A stretch of 23,067 bases of DNA from Octopus sinensis (Eukaryota): the NCBI RefSeq assembly GCF_006345805.1, contig NW_021836652.1, positions 1-23,067 of the forward strand, in the 5' to 3' direction. The position numbers were made by a program, and so were the translations under genes. Below are positions 1 through 10,566 of this stretch, piece after piece (position 1 is the first letter of the stretch; each line of letters starts with the position of its first letter). The notes beneath the pieces were generated by a model. The model was not told the DNA's origin. It saw only the letters and a program-made list of their open reading frames with translations, and did not search any database.

Positions 1-281
1 TCCCTCCCTCGTGAAGCTGTGGGGAAGGGAGTGTAAGGAAATCAACGTCGTAAAGCGTTGTCAAGGAGACCAGCGTTCTTTTAGAACAACGACTTCATGG
101 CTTGAAGACACCAAAACAGAAAATGTCTACGATGAATCAACGATTTAAAAAAAAAATTACCATAATTTTTTTTCCATTATTAATGCATTTTTTTTTTGCT
201 ATTTTTTGGCTATAACTCTCTAAAAATGCTTATATAGTAATTTCCCTTACAAACCCGAGCAACGCCGGGCGATACTGCTAG
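1..281 (+). mobile_element. Non-autonomous Helitron, 3' part (5' end outside window)
   Basis: Subterminal hairpin CCCGAGCAACGCCGGG (254-269), then CTAG (278-281) followed by T. 121-281 is nearly identical to 5928-6082. Confidence 0.85.
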
Positions 282-732
282 TTTCGTTATATTTCTATAA
301 CATCTTACCGATGTATGCTATATGCATTAATGCAAGTAGTGTTAAATGACCCCACCCAACAAACAAAAATCAGAAGATGTTTGTATAATTTAACTGATTC
401 TACATTAACAACGCCATGACATCGCATCAATCATTTGTCCGTAGGTCTTTAGTTGTGCAGCATTATTGCAGCAGTCACATAGAGTCATGTTAGCTATCGT
501 GCATCGAGATGCAATCTACAGAATTGCATTTCAGAGGTGTTCAGTGGAACGATACACTTTAACTGCTATTTCCCAAATGTTTAAGACACCATTCGCAGAT
601 ACAATACAACTACGTCTACGAAGAGGATATGATGAGGAAGGTTCTGTTTTGAATTTGTTACACCACTGTATATAAGAAATATACAGCTTTTACAGATTAA
701 ACTGTATCTTTACTCCCATTTACATACATACA

Positions 733-781
<49 letters not shown>

Positions 782-955
782 CACATTATATATATATACA
801 TATATAAAATGGGACAACAAAACATCCAGATAGACGATACAAAGAAAACAAGGACGGGTCATTCGAAGTTTTCTTTCCTCAGTCAAGTACCAGATTATCT
901 TCGTAATTTCGGCTGATTATACTTACAAGATTATATATATATATATATATATATA

Positions 956-1345
956 TCTTTTACTTGTTTCAGTCATTATGCTGGGGCACTACCTTGAATT
1001 TTCAGTCAATGAATCAACCTCGGTAGTTATTTTTTTAAATCTAGTACTTTTTGTATAGTTCTATTTTGCCGAACCGCTAAGTTATGGGGACGCAGACACA
1101 CCAACACTGGCTGTCAGGCGTTAGTGGTGGTGGTGGTGGTGGTGGTGGGACAAACACAGTCACAAAGGCACATACACAAGTATACATACATATTGACGGG
1201 CTTCTTTCAGTTTCCGTCTACCAAATCCACACACAAGGCTTTAGTCGGCCCGAGGCTATAGTAGAAGACACTTGCCCAAGATGCCACTCAATGGGACTGA
1301 ACCCGGAACCATGTGGATGATAAGCAAGCTTCGTACTACATAGCC
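956..1345 (-). mobile_element. tRNA-derived SINE family 1 (CORE-like, octopus OR-type), diverged copy
   Basis: Reverse complement of 8098-8460, including the GGTTCAGTCCC B-box and the ...GACTGAAACAAGTAAAAGA tail. Confidence 0.85.
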
Positions 1346-1872
1346 ATATATACAGATAGAAAGGAACCCTTTGTTACCGTTTTGCTGGGTGCTGAAGAGA
1401 GATCCACCTAGAAAAGTTATATTTCAGTTTTGGCAAGTGAGTAGAATATGCTTCTCTAAGAAAGTTTAATAAGGCTGAAACATGACCGTCACTTTAATCA
1501 GATTTACTCCAGCCTGCACTGTCAGATCTGTATTTTCCCAAAAGTCTGATCAACTTCTCTTACTAGACTTATTTCCCCAGAGGGAGGTTTTTCTTTTCTT
1601 TTTCTTTTTTATTACTAATTGCTTCAATTTGATGATTTCAGTAGATCGAAGTTTTCCACACGATATTACATATGTAATATTTCTCTCTCTCTCTCCACTC
1701 ATATACACGCACAAGCTGTATATATTGTATATACCGTGGTATCCACAAATATAAAACTATGGTTGTTTGAAATTCGCGTAATTTGTGGTTTAAAAAGCGA
1801 AAGGACTAGTTAGTCTTAAACAATTGCCTTTCCAATAAATCTCATGCGATAAACAGAACATATTTCCCTGGT

Positions 1873-2427
1873 ACATTATTTACATTTGACGAATATTTGG
1901 GATCTTTTCGGTTTGAACGGCAGTTTTTTCTAGTGGTGTCATATGAAATTGTCACCCATAATTATGACCCTAGTATCGATCTATTGCATTTCAATCTGTT
2001 TTAGGGTTAGGTTAGGGGTGGGGGGAAGGGTATCTTTTTTCTTCAGAAATGTAAATAAACCCAATCTGTTTCTTAAACGAGGGACATATTCATACGGCAC
2101 ATAATGTTTTCACCCCAAATGGACGTCATTGATTGGTTGAAATTGCAGAAATTGAAGAAAAACAACAACAAATATCTTACAAATTATAGAATTTTCTCAA
2201 TAAAGCCAAGAGAAAAATATATTTTATAAACACATTCTACCAGTATACGAAGTTTAAAAGTGTTTAGTTACGTGGAAATTATTTGAAAAAACTGCCGTTC
2301 AAACCGAAAAGATCCAATATTTGTCCTCATCTTGTTTGTTGTTAACAAAACGTTTCAGCTGATATATCCGTCAAATGTAAATAATGTAAATAATGCACAT
2401 AATTCCTCATCTCTTAAATATAGAACT
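1873..2427. mobile_element. Small foldback (Penelope-like) insertion with 13-bp TSD, interrupted by MITE A
   Basis: ATATTTCCCTGGT at 1860-1872 and 2428-2440. TACATTATTTACATTTGACG is inverted as CGTCAAATGTAAATAATGTA. A half-hammerhead GAAACGTT lies on the - strand. Confidence 0.65.
1900..2315. mobile_element. MITE family A (GG-terminal TIR, 8-bp TSD; Merlin/IS1016-like)
   Basis: TIR GGATCTTTTCGGTTTGAACGGCAGTTTTTT; perfect TSD AATATTTG at 1892-1899 and 2316-2323. Confidence 0.9.
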
Positions 2428-3038
2428 ATATTTCCCTGGTGTTCGTACATCTTATTATTATACAGATTCCCAGTTTCTTTCAACCCCCCCCCCGAATAAT
2501 TTGGGACTTGTAAAGGGAAAGCTTTGTATTACTCAGAACGTACGAAACCAGGGTTAACTAAAAACCTGAAAACAAGCATAGGACATTCAGGACAAACTTA
2601 TGAAAACGCTTTGGACAGGCGAAGGGTTAATGTCACAAATTGCTTCATTATAAAGACACATTTCATGTAACATAATTCACGAAAGTCATACTAAAACTGT
2701 CTCTAACAGAACTGCTTAACTTTTTGCATGTCCAGTGTAATCGTCTGATAAACAGGACATATTTCCCTGATGTCCATACATACGATACGCATTTCCAATT
2801 TTTTTTAATCATCAGAGTAACTTGATAGTCATGAAAACTAAGCTTTATGTTTACTCAGAACATACGAAACAAGAAACTAAAATTAATAATTACTGTTGTC
2901 CGACCATTTTTGATTTTTTTTTATTACATGACGGCAATCTATTGAAGACGTGGATTCTATCTAATATCGACACGAGAAATGCGAATTTGCTCTCAGAATT
3001 CTGTGATCACATTGAACAAACTGTTGGGATTCGACAGT

Positions 3039-3455
3039 GGCAATCTTTCGTCTCTAGTAGACCTTTCCGTCGATTTCCGTAAAAAATTTTTTTTTTTACA
3101 TATGGGCTTGCGGGAACTTTTGAAGTAATGAGAGCGAAAGAGACTAAGAGAAAGCGATTGTATGACGAGGGAAGTTCTTTTGAAGTTACCGTGCATGGGT
3201 AGCATTGATGTACATGTGTGTGTGTGTGTGTGTTTGATGGGGTGTGGGAGACAGACAGTATGTTGTGTAAGTGAAGTGCTTCTGTTAGTGTGTGTGAAGA
3301 GACAGAGTAATGTGTGAAAGAAAGAGATAACTGAAATTTTTTACTCGGTGTATGTGTATGTAAATTACTTCAAAAGTTCCCGCAAGCCCATAAGTAAAAA
3401 AAAAACTTTTTTTACGGAAATCGACGGAAAGGTCTACTAGAGACGAAAGATCGCC
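3039..3455. mobile_element. MITE family B (~90-bp TIR, GG termini, 8-bp TSD; Merlin-like)
   Basis: TIR GGC(A/G)ATCTTTCGTCTCTAGTAGACCTTTCCGTCGATTTCCGT...; TSD TCGACAGT/TCGACGGT (7/8). Confidence 0.9.
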
Positions 3456-3737
3456 TCGACGGTTTCTAAACTTTATCCGTTATTATTGACTAGGTTCGAT
3501 TATTATTATTATTATTTTTTTATCGTGAGAAGAATGGAGATGGAGGAATTAGGCAGACAAGACGTTCGTTTTCTTTTTGAGTCACAAATGAAAATGCTTG
3601 ATACATAGTGAAATGTAGCATGTTTAGGGTCGTTGCTCTGCATCAGGACCCATTTGAACGGTAAATGGTTATTGGAATAAAGAATATTTTCAAAAATATC
3701 TGCTCGCCCCCTCCATTAATAAAGTTTATATTTAACT

Positions 3738-3912
3738 TGATTCAGTCATTGAACTGCGGCCTTGCTGGAACCAGGCCTTGAGGGTTTTAGTCTAACAAAT
3801 CGACACAAGTACTTATTTTTTGAAGTCTGATACTTATTCTATCAATCCGCTTTGCCGAATCGCTAAGTCACGGGGATGTAAACAAATGAACTCCAGGTGT
3901 CAAGCGGTGGGA
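3738..3912 (-). mobile_element. SINE family 1, 3' fragment (similar fragments at 5150-5260 +, 5578-5625 -, 21470-21625 -, 21680-21735 +, 22715-22790 -, 23041-23067 -)
   Basis: Diverged matches to the CAGTCATT..GCGGCCATGCTGGAGCACCGCC tail or to the head. Confidence 0.75.
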
Positions 3913-3948
3913 TAAACGCGCGCGCATGATGGACTTCCTTGCACTTTC

Positions 3949-4366
3949 GGATCTTTTCGGTTTGAACGGCAGTTTTTTCAAATAATTTCCACCTAACTAA
4001 ACACTTTTAAACTTCGTATACTGGTAGAATGTGTTTATAAAACATCTTTTTCTCTTGGCTTTATTGAGAAAATTCTATACTTTGTAAGATATTTGTTGTT
4101 TTTTCTTCTTCAATTTCTGCAATTTCAACCAATCAATGACGTCTATTGAGGTGAAAACATTCTGTGCTGTATGAATATGTCCCTCGTTTAAGAAACAGAT
4201 TGGGTTTATTTACATTTCTGAAGAAAAAAAAAAAGATACCTTCCTCCCACCCCTAACCAACCCTAAAACAGATTGAAATGCAATAGATCGATACTAGGGT
4301 CATAATTATGGGTGACAATTTCATATGACACCGCTAGAAAAACTGCCGTTCAAACCGAAAAGATCC
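3949..4366. mobile_element. MITE family A, second copy, inverted relative to 1900-2315
   Basis: Same TIRs, and the internal sequence is the reverse complement of copy 1. TSD is degenerate. Confidence 0.9.
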
Positions 4367-4668
4367 TTTACTTTTTATAAAAAGTCACTCAATGCAACAA
4401 ATATCGAACAATCTCTAAACATACTTTTGTGCGTTTCCACCTTTATTTTTTAACTGTGACTTGATTCTTATGGTTTCTTAACTCCTTTTTCAACTAAGAA
4501 ATAAAAATATTTATATAGATGTATATAGATAGATTGATAGATAGATAGAGAGTTAATATAGAGTAGGTTCAAATGAATGTGAACTTAAAATGCGACTTCT
4601 TTATCCATAACCTGTCTATTTACTTTACTACCCCTCTCATATACATATATATACACACACACACACTT

Positions 4669-4722
<54 letters not shown>

Positions 4723-4954
4723 CAATTAAAAATGAGGGTGTCCGAGAGACACCATGTTAAAAATTATTAGCTTTGTACGGTATTTTTTCCATGCTGGCCA
4801 CTTGATAATATTGATACTTAAATATCGATATTATCCTCATATATAAATTTATATATATAAAGTTAATCCAAACATGAAAGCACAGAAACACAACAACGGG
4901 GGGATGTGGAACAAATATAGTATTATTGTATTATTGGACGCTCAGGAAAGAAGG

Positions 4955-4994
4955 ATGGTTTAACGTTTCGAGCGGAGCTCTTCGTCGGAAACAT
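4955..4994 (-). ncRNA. Putative minimal hammerhead ribozyme in a Penelope-like fragment (4861-5058)
   Basis: Minus strand GTTT-CCGACGA-A-GAGC TCC GCTC-GAAACGTT-AAAC: stem I GTTT/AAAC, stem II GAGC/GCTC, palindromic AACGTT in place of stem III. Confidence 0.5.
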
Positions 4995-5056
4995 AGGAGA
5001 AGGAAAGATCCAGAGAAGGGAAGACAGAGGAAAAAAATCGCCAACGGTATACACGC

Positions 5057-5098
<42 letters not shown>

Positions 5099-5686
5099 AT
5101 AATATATATATAATATATATATATCCCCATAACTACAGTTCAACAAAAGAAACCAGTAGAATAGGTACTATGCTTAAAAAAGTACCAGGGTCGATTGCTC
5201 GACTACACTCGTTTAAGGCGGTGCTCCAGCATGGCCGCAGTCAAATGCCGTGAGTAAAAAAATAACAAAATGAATATGTGTGTGTGTGTGTGGATATATT
5301 GTGAATCATTGAACAACAGTTGGCCAAGTCAGAGAGACACGACGTCAACATAGTTTTATTTACATTATGCCCTTTAATTAAGTTGTCGGATGTCGGTCAC
5401 TTCTAAAATATAACCGGCAGTCGGCGGTGCAACAGGTGTATATACGAATTTATGTATATGACACTGTGTAAACGACAAATAAATACACGGTGTGTATAGC
5501 TATTACATTACTAATTAAGATTAAAATGTCATTTGCAAAAGAAAAAAAAAAGCATTGTATATATATATGTGTGTGTTCTTTTACACGTTTCAGCGCAAAG
5601 GTTGTGGCCATGTTGGAGCACTGCCAGTATAAGTAACAATGGGCTTGTCCTCACGAAGCACATCTGCAGATTCAAGTGTGTGTATA

Positions 5687-6082
5687 TTTTTTATATATAA
5701 AAGAGAAGTTGTGTGTCTGTCTCCTACGATTTAGATTCCTAACTACTCCCACATTTTGCGGTGCAGTTTATCCAAAACCGGGTATCTTATAGTCGTGATT
5801 CATATCGAGCCCTTCTGGGTATTAGCGCGCGTCTACGATGAGTCTATGATTTAAAAAAAAATTTACAATAATTTTTTTCCATTTTAATGCATTTTTTCGC
5901 TATTATATAAGGGAAGTAACTCTCTAAAAATGTCTACGATGAGTCAACGATTTAAAAAAAATTTACCATTTTTTTTCCCGTTTTTAATGCATTTTTTTGC
6001 TATTTTTTGGCTATAACTCTCTAAAAATGATTATATAGTTATTTCCCTTACAAACCCGAGCAACGCCGGGCGATACTGCTAG
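5687..6082 (+). mobile_element. Non-autonomous Helitron (~400 bp) with an internal ~100-bp tandem duplication
   Basis: Same hairpin and CTAG|T 3' end (6079-6082). 5' end TTTTATATATAAAAG..GTGTGTCTGTC resembles a decayed TC-start. 5831-5931 is repeated at 5932-6029. Confidence 0.8.
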
Positions 6083-6410
6083 TAGATATATAAACCTTTT
6101 TTGCTATAAGCAGCCCTGCCCACTGTATCTACTTTTCCCTCTTCCTTTTCTTCACCCAATTCTTTTCCTACTTCACTTCCGTCGTCTTCTGATCGTTTTC
6201 CATTCCCGTATCATTATGCGTATCCATCCTCTTGACCCCCGCCACATAATATCTACCCCACATACTCATCCCGCATCCACACAATTTTTTTTTCCTCCCG
6301 ATATTTTCTTAATAACAAGGTCTGAAAGACGGACGCACAATATGACAGCCCACCTTTGGATGCAAGTCTGATGAAGTGCCTCTCCAATGTCTAGAACCGC
6401 AAATAGTCTT

Positions 6411-6944
6411 TACTTTAGGCACAAGGCCCAAAATTTCTGGGGCGGGAGCCAGTCGACTAGATCGACTCCAGTACGCAACTGGTACTTAATTTATCGACCC
6501 CGAAATGATGAAAGGCAAAGTCGACCTCAGCAGAATTTGAACTCGGAGCGTAAAGACAGGCGAAATACCTATTTCTTTACTACCCACAAGGGGCTAAACA
6601 CAGAGACAAACGGATTAAATCGATTACATCGACCCCAGTGCGTAACTGGTACTTTATTTCTCGACCCCGAAAGTACCAGAATTTGAACTCAGAGCATAGA
6701 GACAGGCGAAATACCTATTTCTTTACTACCCACAAGGGGCTATACACAGAGAGGACAAACAAGGACAGACAAACGGATTAAGTCGATTACATCGACCCCA
6801 GAGCGTAACTGGTACTTTATCGACCCCGAAAGGATGAAAGGCAAAGTCGACCTCGGCAGAATTTGAACTCAGAACGAAACAGCAGACAAAATACCGCTAA
6901 GCATTTCGCCCGGTGTGCTAACGTTTCTGCCAGCTCGCCGCCTT
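6411..6944 (-). mobile_element. tRNA-derived SINE family 2 (Nin/Deu-domain-like), compound with three bodies and two tail modules
   Basis: Head GGCGGCGAGCTGGCAGAAACGTTAGC, B-box GAGTTCAAATTC, central GCCTTTCATCCTTTCGGGGTCGATAAA..AGTACC resembling the Nin/Deu domain. Confidence 0.85.
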
Positions 6945-7090
6945 TAAAACCGCAAATATTACCTGATTTTTCATTTGGAATTTTCGCGTTGCAAATGGAG
7001 ATGGTTTGGAAACATTTGTAACTTATAATTAAGGATATGTTAAAGAATTTTCTTTGTCTTCTGCTTTTCATTACACGGATATATATATTT

Positions 7091-7264
7091 TTTTACTTAT
7101 TTCAGTCATTTGACTGCAGCCATGCTGGAGCACCGCCTTTAGTCGAACAAATCGACCCCAGGAAAACTTTCCGGGTATGAAAGGGGAGAGGAGTTTCTGA
7201 AAAACCTTGCGACTGGATTTGGTAGACGGAAACTGAAAGAAGCCCGTCGTATATATGTGTGTGT

Positions 7265-7299
<35 letters not shown>

Positions 7300-7535
7300 T
7301 TATAATGTGTATGTGTGTATGCATATGTTTGTGTCTGTGTTTGTCCCCCCCCCCACCGACATTGCTTGACAACCGATGTTGGTGTGTTTACGTCACCGTA
7401 ACTTAGCCGTTCGGCAAAAGAGACCGATACAATAAGTACTAGGCTTACAAAGAATAAGTTCTGGGGTCGATTTGCTCGACTAAAGACGGTGCTCCAGCAT
7501 GGCCGCAGTCAAATGACTGAAACAAGTAAAAGAGA
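7091..7535 (+). mobile_element. SINE family 1, 5'-truncated copy (7215-7535) preceded by an inverted tail fragment (7091-7162)
   Basis: 7091-7162 is the reverse complement of about 7460-7531. Body matches 8220-8460. Confidence 0.85.
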
Positions 7536-7564
7536 GACACATACACATGTGTGCTCCCCGCCCC

Positions 7565-8885
7565 TGACTGTTTCCTTATAACTTTCAGGGAAAAAAATGG
7601 ATAGTTTTCAATGAAAATGTCTACAAATCCCATTCAGCTGATGTAGATAACGATTATGTCGGAATTTAAATGTGAAAAAGAATTGTTAAGCGCACACACA
7701 TAAGTATATCTACAAAATAAAGCTCGAAATTAAAAAAAAAAAAAAAAATGGTGAAACGTACGTAGGAACTCCTAACATAAATGGCATACCTACACAAGAG
7801 TACCCCACCGATTTTATTTCCTCATGACTTCCAGAAAAAGATTTTTAATGGATCTTTTTTTACAAACACCCTTCATATTTTGATTGATTGTATCGGAATT
7901 CGTTGTGGAAAAAACTTTCCGGGTATGGGGAGAGGAGTTTCTGAAAATTCATTCGAGTTAGCGTTGTTTCCTCATAACATTAAGTAGGTAAATAACAATT
8001 GTACTGGAATTTGATGTGAAAAGAAAAATGGTAAGCACGCACACATACATACACACAACGCAATTTTTTTTTTTCGAAATTTCAAGTTTCACATTTTGCG
8101 CAGGAGTGGCTGTGTGGTAAGTAGCTTGCCTACAAACCACATGGTTCCGGGTTCAGTCCCACTGCGTGGCACCTTGGGTAAGTGTCTTCTACTATAGCCT
8201 CGGGCCGACCAGAGCCTTATGAGTGTATTTGGTAGACGGAAACTGAAAGAAGCCTGTCGGATATATGTATATATATATGTATGTGTGTGTGTGTTTGTCC
8301 CCCTAGCATTGCTTGACAACCGATGCTGGTGTGTTTATGTCCCCGTCACTTAGAATAAGTACTGGGCTTACAAAGAATAAGTCCCGGGGTCGAGTTGCTC
8401 GACTAAAGGCGGTGCTCCAGCATGGCCGCAGTCAAAATGACTGAAACAAGTAAAAGAGTATATATGATGTGTCAGTGTATGTGTGTGCGCGAAACCACCA
8501 TTAAAAAAAATTTTTTTTATCAGGTGGTGTTATTAAGTTAGACATAGTCTGGGCCTATATTGGCCGAAACTTATCAAAGTTATATGTAATTCCGATACAA
8601 CCGTAATCTACAAAATTCTGAAGGTTATTTCCAGAAAATTTCATCAAAAAATATCTATTTTTCTGAAAGTTATAAGGAAACAAAGATGACCGAGTGAATT
8701 TTCCGAAACTTCTCCTAACCCACAGAAGTTTCTTTTTTTTTTTTTTTCACAACAAATTCCCATATAAACCGAATCTACACCATCCGAAGTCTGTTTGTAG
8801 AAAAATTCATTAAAAAATGTCCATTTTTCTGGAAGTTGCAAGGAAGCAAAGTCGGTTGGGGCAAACTTGTGTAGGTATGCCATAG
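7565..8885. repeat. Old repeat family with ~120-bp subunits, arranged as inverted blocks (7565-8045 vs 8575-8885); related palindromic copy at 19600-19950
   Basis: ATGGCATACCTACACAAG at 7781 (+) and 8883 (-). Recurring AACTTTCAG..AAAATGGA..TTTT.AATGAA..TCTACAAA..TTCAGATG.TGTAGAT subunit. Confidence 0.7.
8098..8460 (+). mobile_element. tRNA-derived SINE family 1, near full length
   Basis: A-box TGGCTGTGTGG, B-box GGTTCAGTCCC, CORE-like CACCTTGGGTAAGTGTCTT, internal TA/TG microsatellite, tail GTAAAAGA. Many copies in the window. Confidence 0.9.
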
Positions 8886-9339
8886 TGCTTATCGACCATA
8901 AACAATGACCTCTCGCTACAAAACGGAATGGGGCCCGAATAGAAACAGCATGCTATATAATCTGTGAGACTTTTTCCAAAACTTCTAAACCATGGGGTTT
9001 CATTATCTATAAAATGTACAATAAAACACTAATTAAGTCGGTTTAATTAATCTTAGTAATTACAGGCTCTTGTGTCTTATAAAGTGTTATTTACATTAAG
9101 TGTGAAACCCCCACTTGGATATCTACAAAAATTCTAAGGCGTGTTGTTATATGTCTATGAAATATACTATACAACGGTGATTAACTCAGTTTAATTAATT
9201 TGGGCGGTCGTTGATGTAAAATGATAATGATTTATTTGTAAACTGGGGAATGTAATATATAATTTCCGATAACTTAAAACCCATCCAAACATTTATTTAT
9301 ATACACCAGAAACTTTAATAGTAATAATATTTGTACTAT

Positions 9340-10088
9340 AGGCGCAAGAGCTGGGTGTTAAGTGGGGGTGCTAGTCGACCACATCAGCTACAAGTGCTCG
9401 ACTGGTACTTAATTTATCGACCCCGAAAGGCAAAGTCGGTTTCAGTGGTATTTAAAATCAAAACGTAAAGCCGGAAGAAATACCTATTTCTTTACTACCC
9501 ACAAGGGGCTAAACACAGAGGGGACAAACAAGGACAGACATAGGTATTAAGTCGATTACATCGACCCCAGTGCGTAACTGGTACTTAATTTATCGACCCC
9601 GAAAGGCAAAGTCGACTTCAGTGGTATTTAAAAATCAAAACGTAAAGCCGGAAGAAATACCATTGAGTATTTTGTCCGACGCGCTCCAAGGCCGAAAGTT
9701 TTGAGGTAGAGTTTGGTCGATGACATCAAGCCCAGCACTTCACGGGTACTTTATTTTATCGACTCCTAAAGGATGGAAGGCAAAGTTAACTTGGGAAGAA
9801 TTCGAACCCAAAACAAAGCATATTTCTCTCAACGCTTTAACGACTCTGCTAACTCGTTTATCGTTAATAGTTGTGGTTTCCAATTTTGGCACAAGGCCAG
9901 CAATTTTGAGGGGGGGCAATTGAGTACATTGACCCCAGTACTTGACTCGGAGTTGATTTTATCGACCCTAAAAGGGTCGATAAAATAAAGGACAAATTTG
10001 ACCTCGACGGATTTGAACTCAGAACGTAAAGAGCCGAAAGAATTGCCGCTAAGCATTTTTGTTCGACTCGCTAACGATTCTACCAGCT
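9340..10088 (-). mobile_element. Cluster of family-2 SINEs (9340-9685 compound, 9688-9860, 9877-10088)
   Basis: Repeated TTTATCGACCCCGAAAGG..GGCAAAGTCGAC..ATTTGAACTCAGAACGTAA bodies in the same orientation. Confidence 0.8.
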
Positions 10089-10237
10089 AGAATTTCTTTT
10101 GAAACTTTTTCTTGAGGAAAAACGAATGCCAACGAAGTCTAGAACTATGCCTAAACATATTGTCATTTTGTCAAAGTTGACGTCCTGAAAAAAAAAATCT
10201 ATGACGAAATTTCCATGTCATTCCGACTCTTTTATAT

Positions 10238-10566
10238 AATAATAATAATAATGAAATTATTGTATACAATGCTCAGGTGCACCACAACTTGTCAGAAAGT
10301 GCATATAAAGTACATGCAGTAATGTAGAAATGTCTGGAAAGTGAACATGCTTGTGTGTGTATGGAGGGGAGAAAATCAAGTGTAGTGTTGGCGAATCTCA
10401 GGAAGCATGGAAGTTTTGAAGGATGCAGTGCTCCGACAACTAACAACCGATGCCGGCAGTTTGTTCCATGCTTCAGCAACTCTCAGCGTGAAAAAAATGT
10501 TTTCTGAAGTCATGGGAGCTGTGCTGTTTTCTTACTTTGTAAATATGTCCACGGGTGTTAGATGGG
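10238..10566 (-). mobile_element. CR1-type LINE 3' fragment (ORF2 C-terminus, 3' UTR, (ATT)n tail)
   Basis: Minus strand reads PSNTRGHIYKVRKQHSSHDFRKHFF/TLRVAEAWNKLPASVVSCRSTASFKTS..* with a +1 frameshift in the T7 run. TRGH..K and R...WN.LP..VV are typical of CR1 ORF2 C-termini. Confidence 0.85.

Noticed and set aside
466-675. 69-aa ORF in unique sequence; also checked on the minus strand as the next TBC1D30 exon
   Set aside because: Non-ATG start, no motif, and minus frames do not resemble the expected coiled-coil continuation.
2993-3205. Recurrent MLPMHGNFKRTS.. ORF (also 11504-11698)
   Set aside because: Internal MITE B sequence with no transposase motifs.
8089-8319. Recurrent ..ASFSFRLPN..WSARGYSRRHLPK.. 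ORFs
   Set aside because: Antisense translations of SINE family 1; the kind of peptide that gives false gene models.
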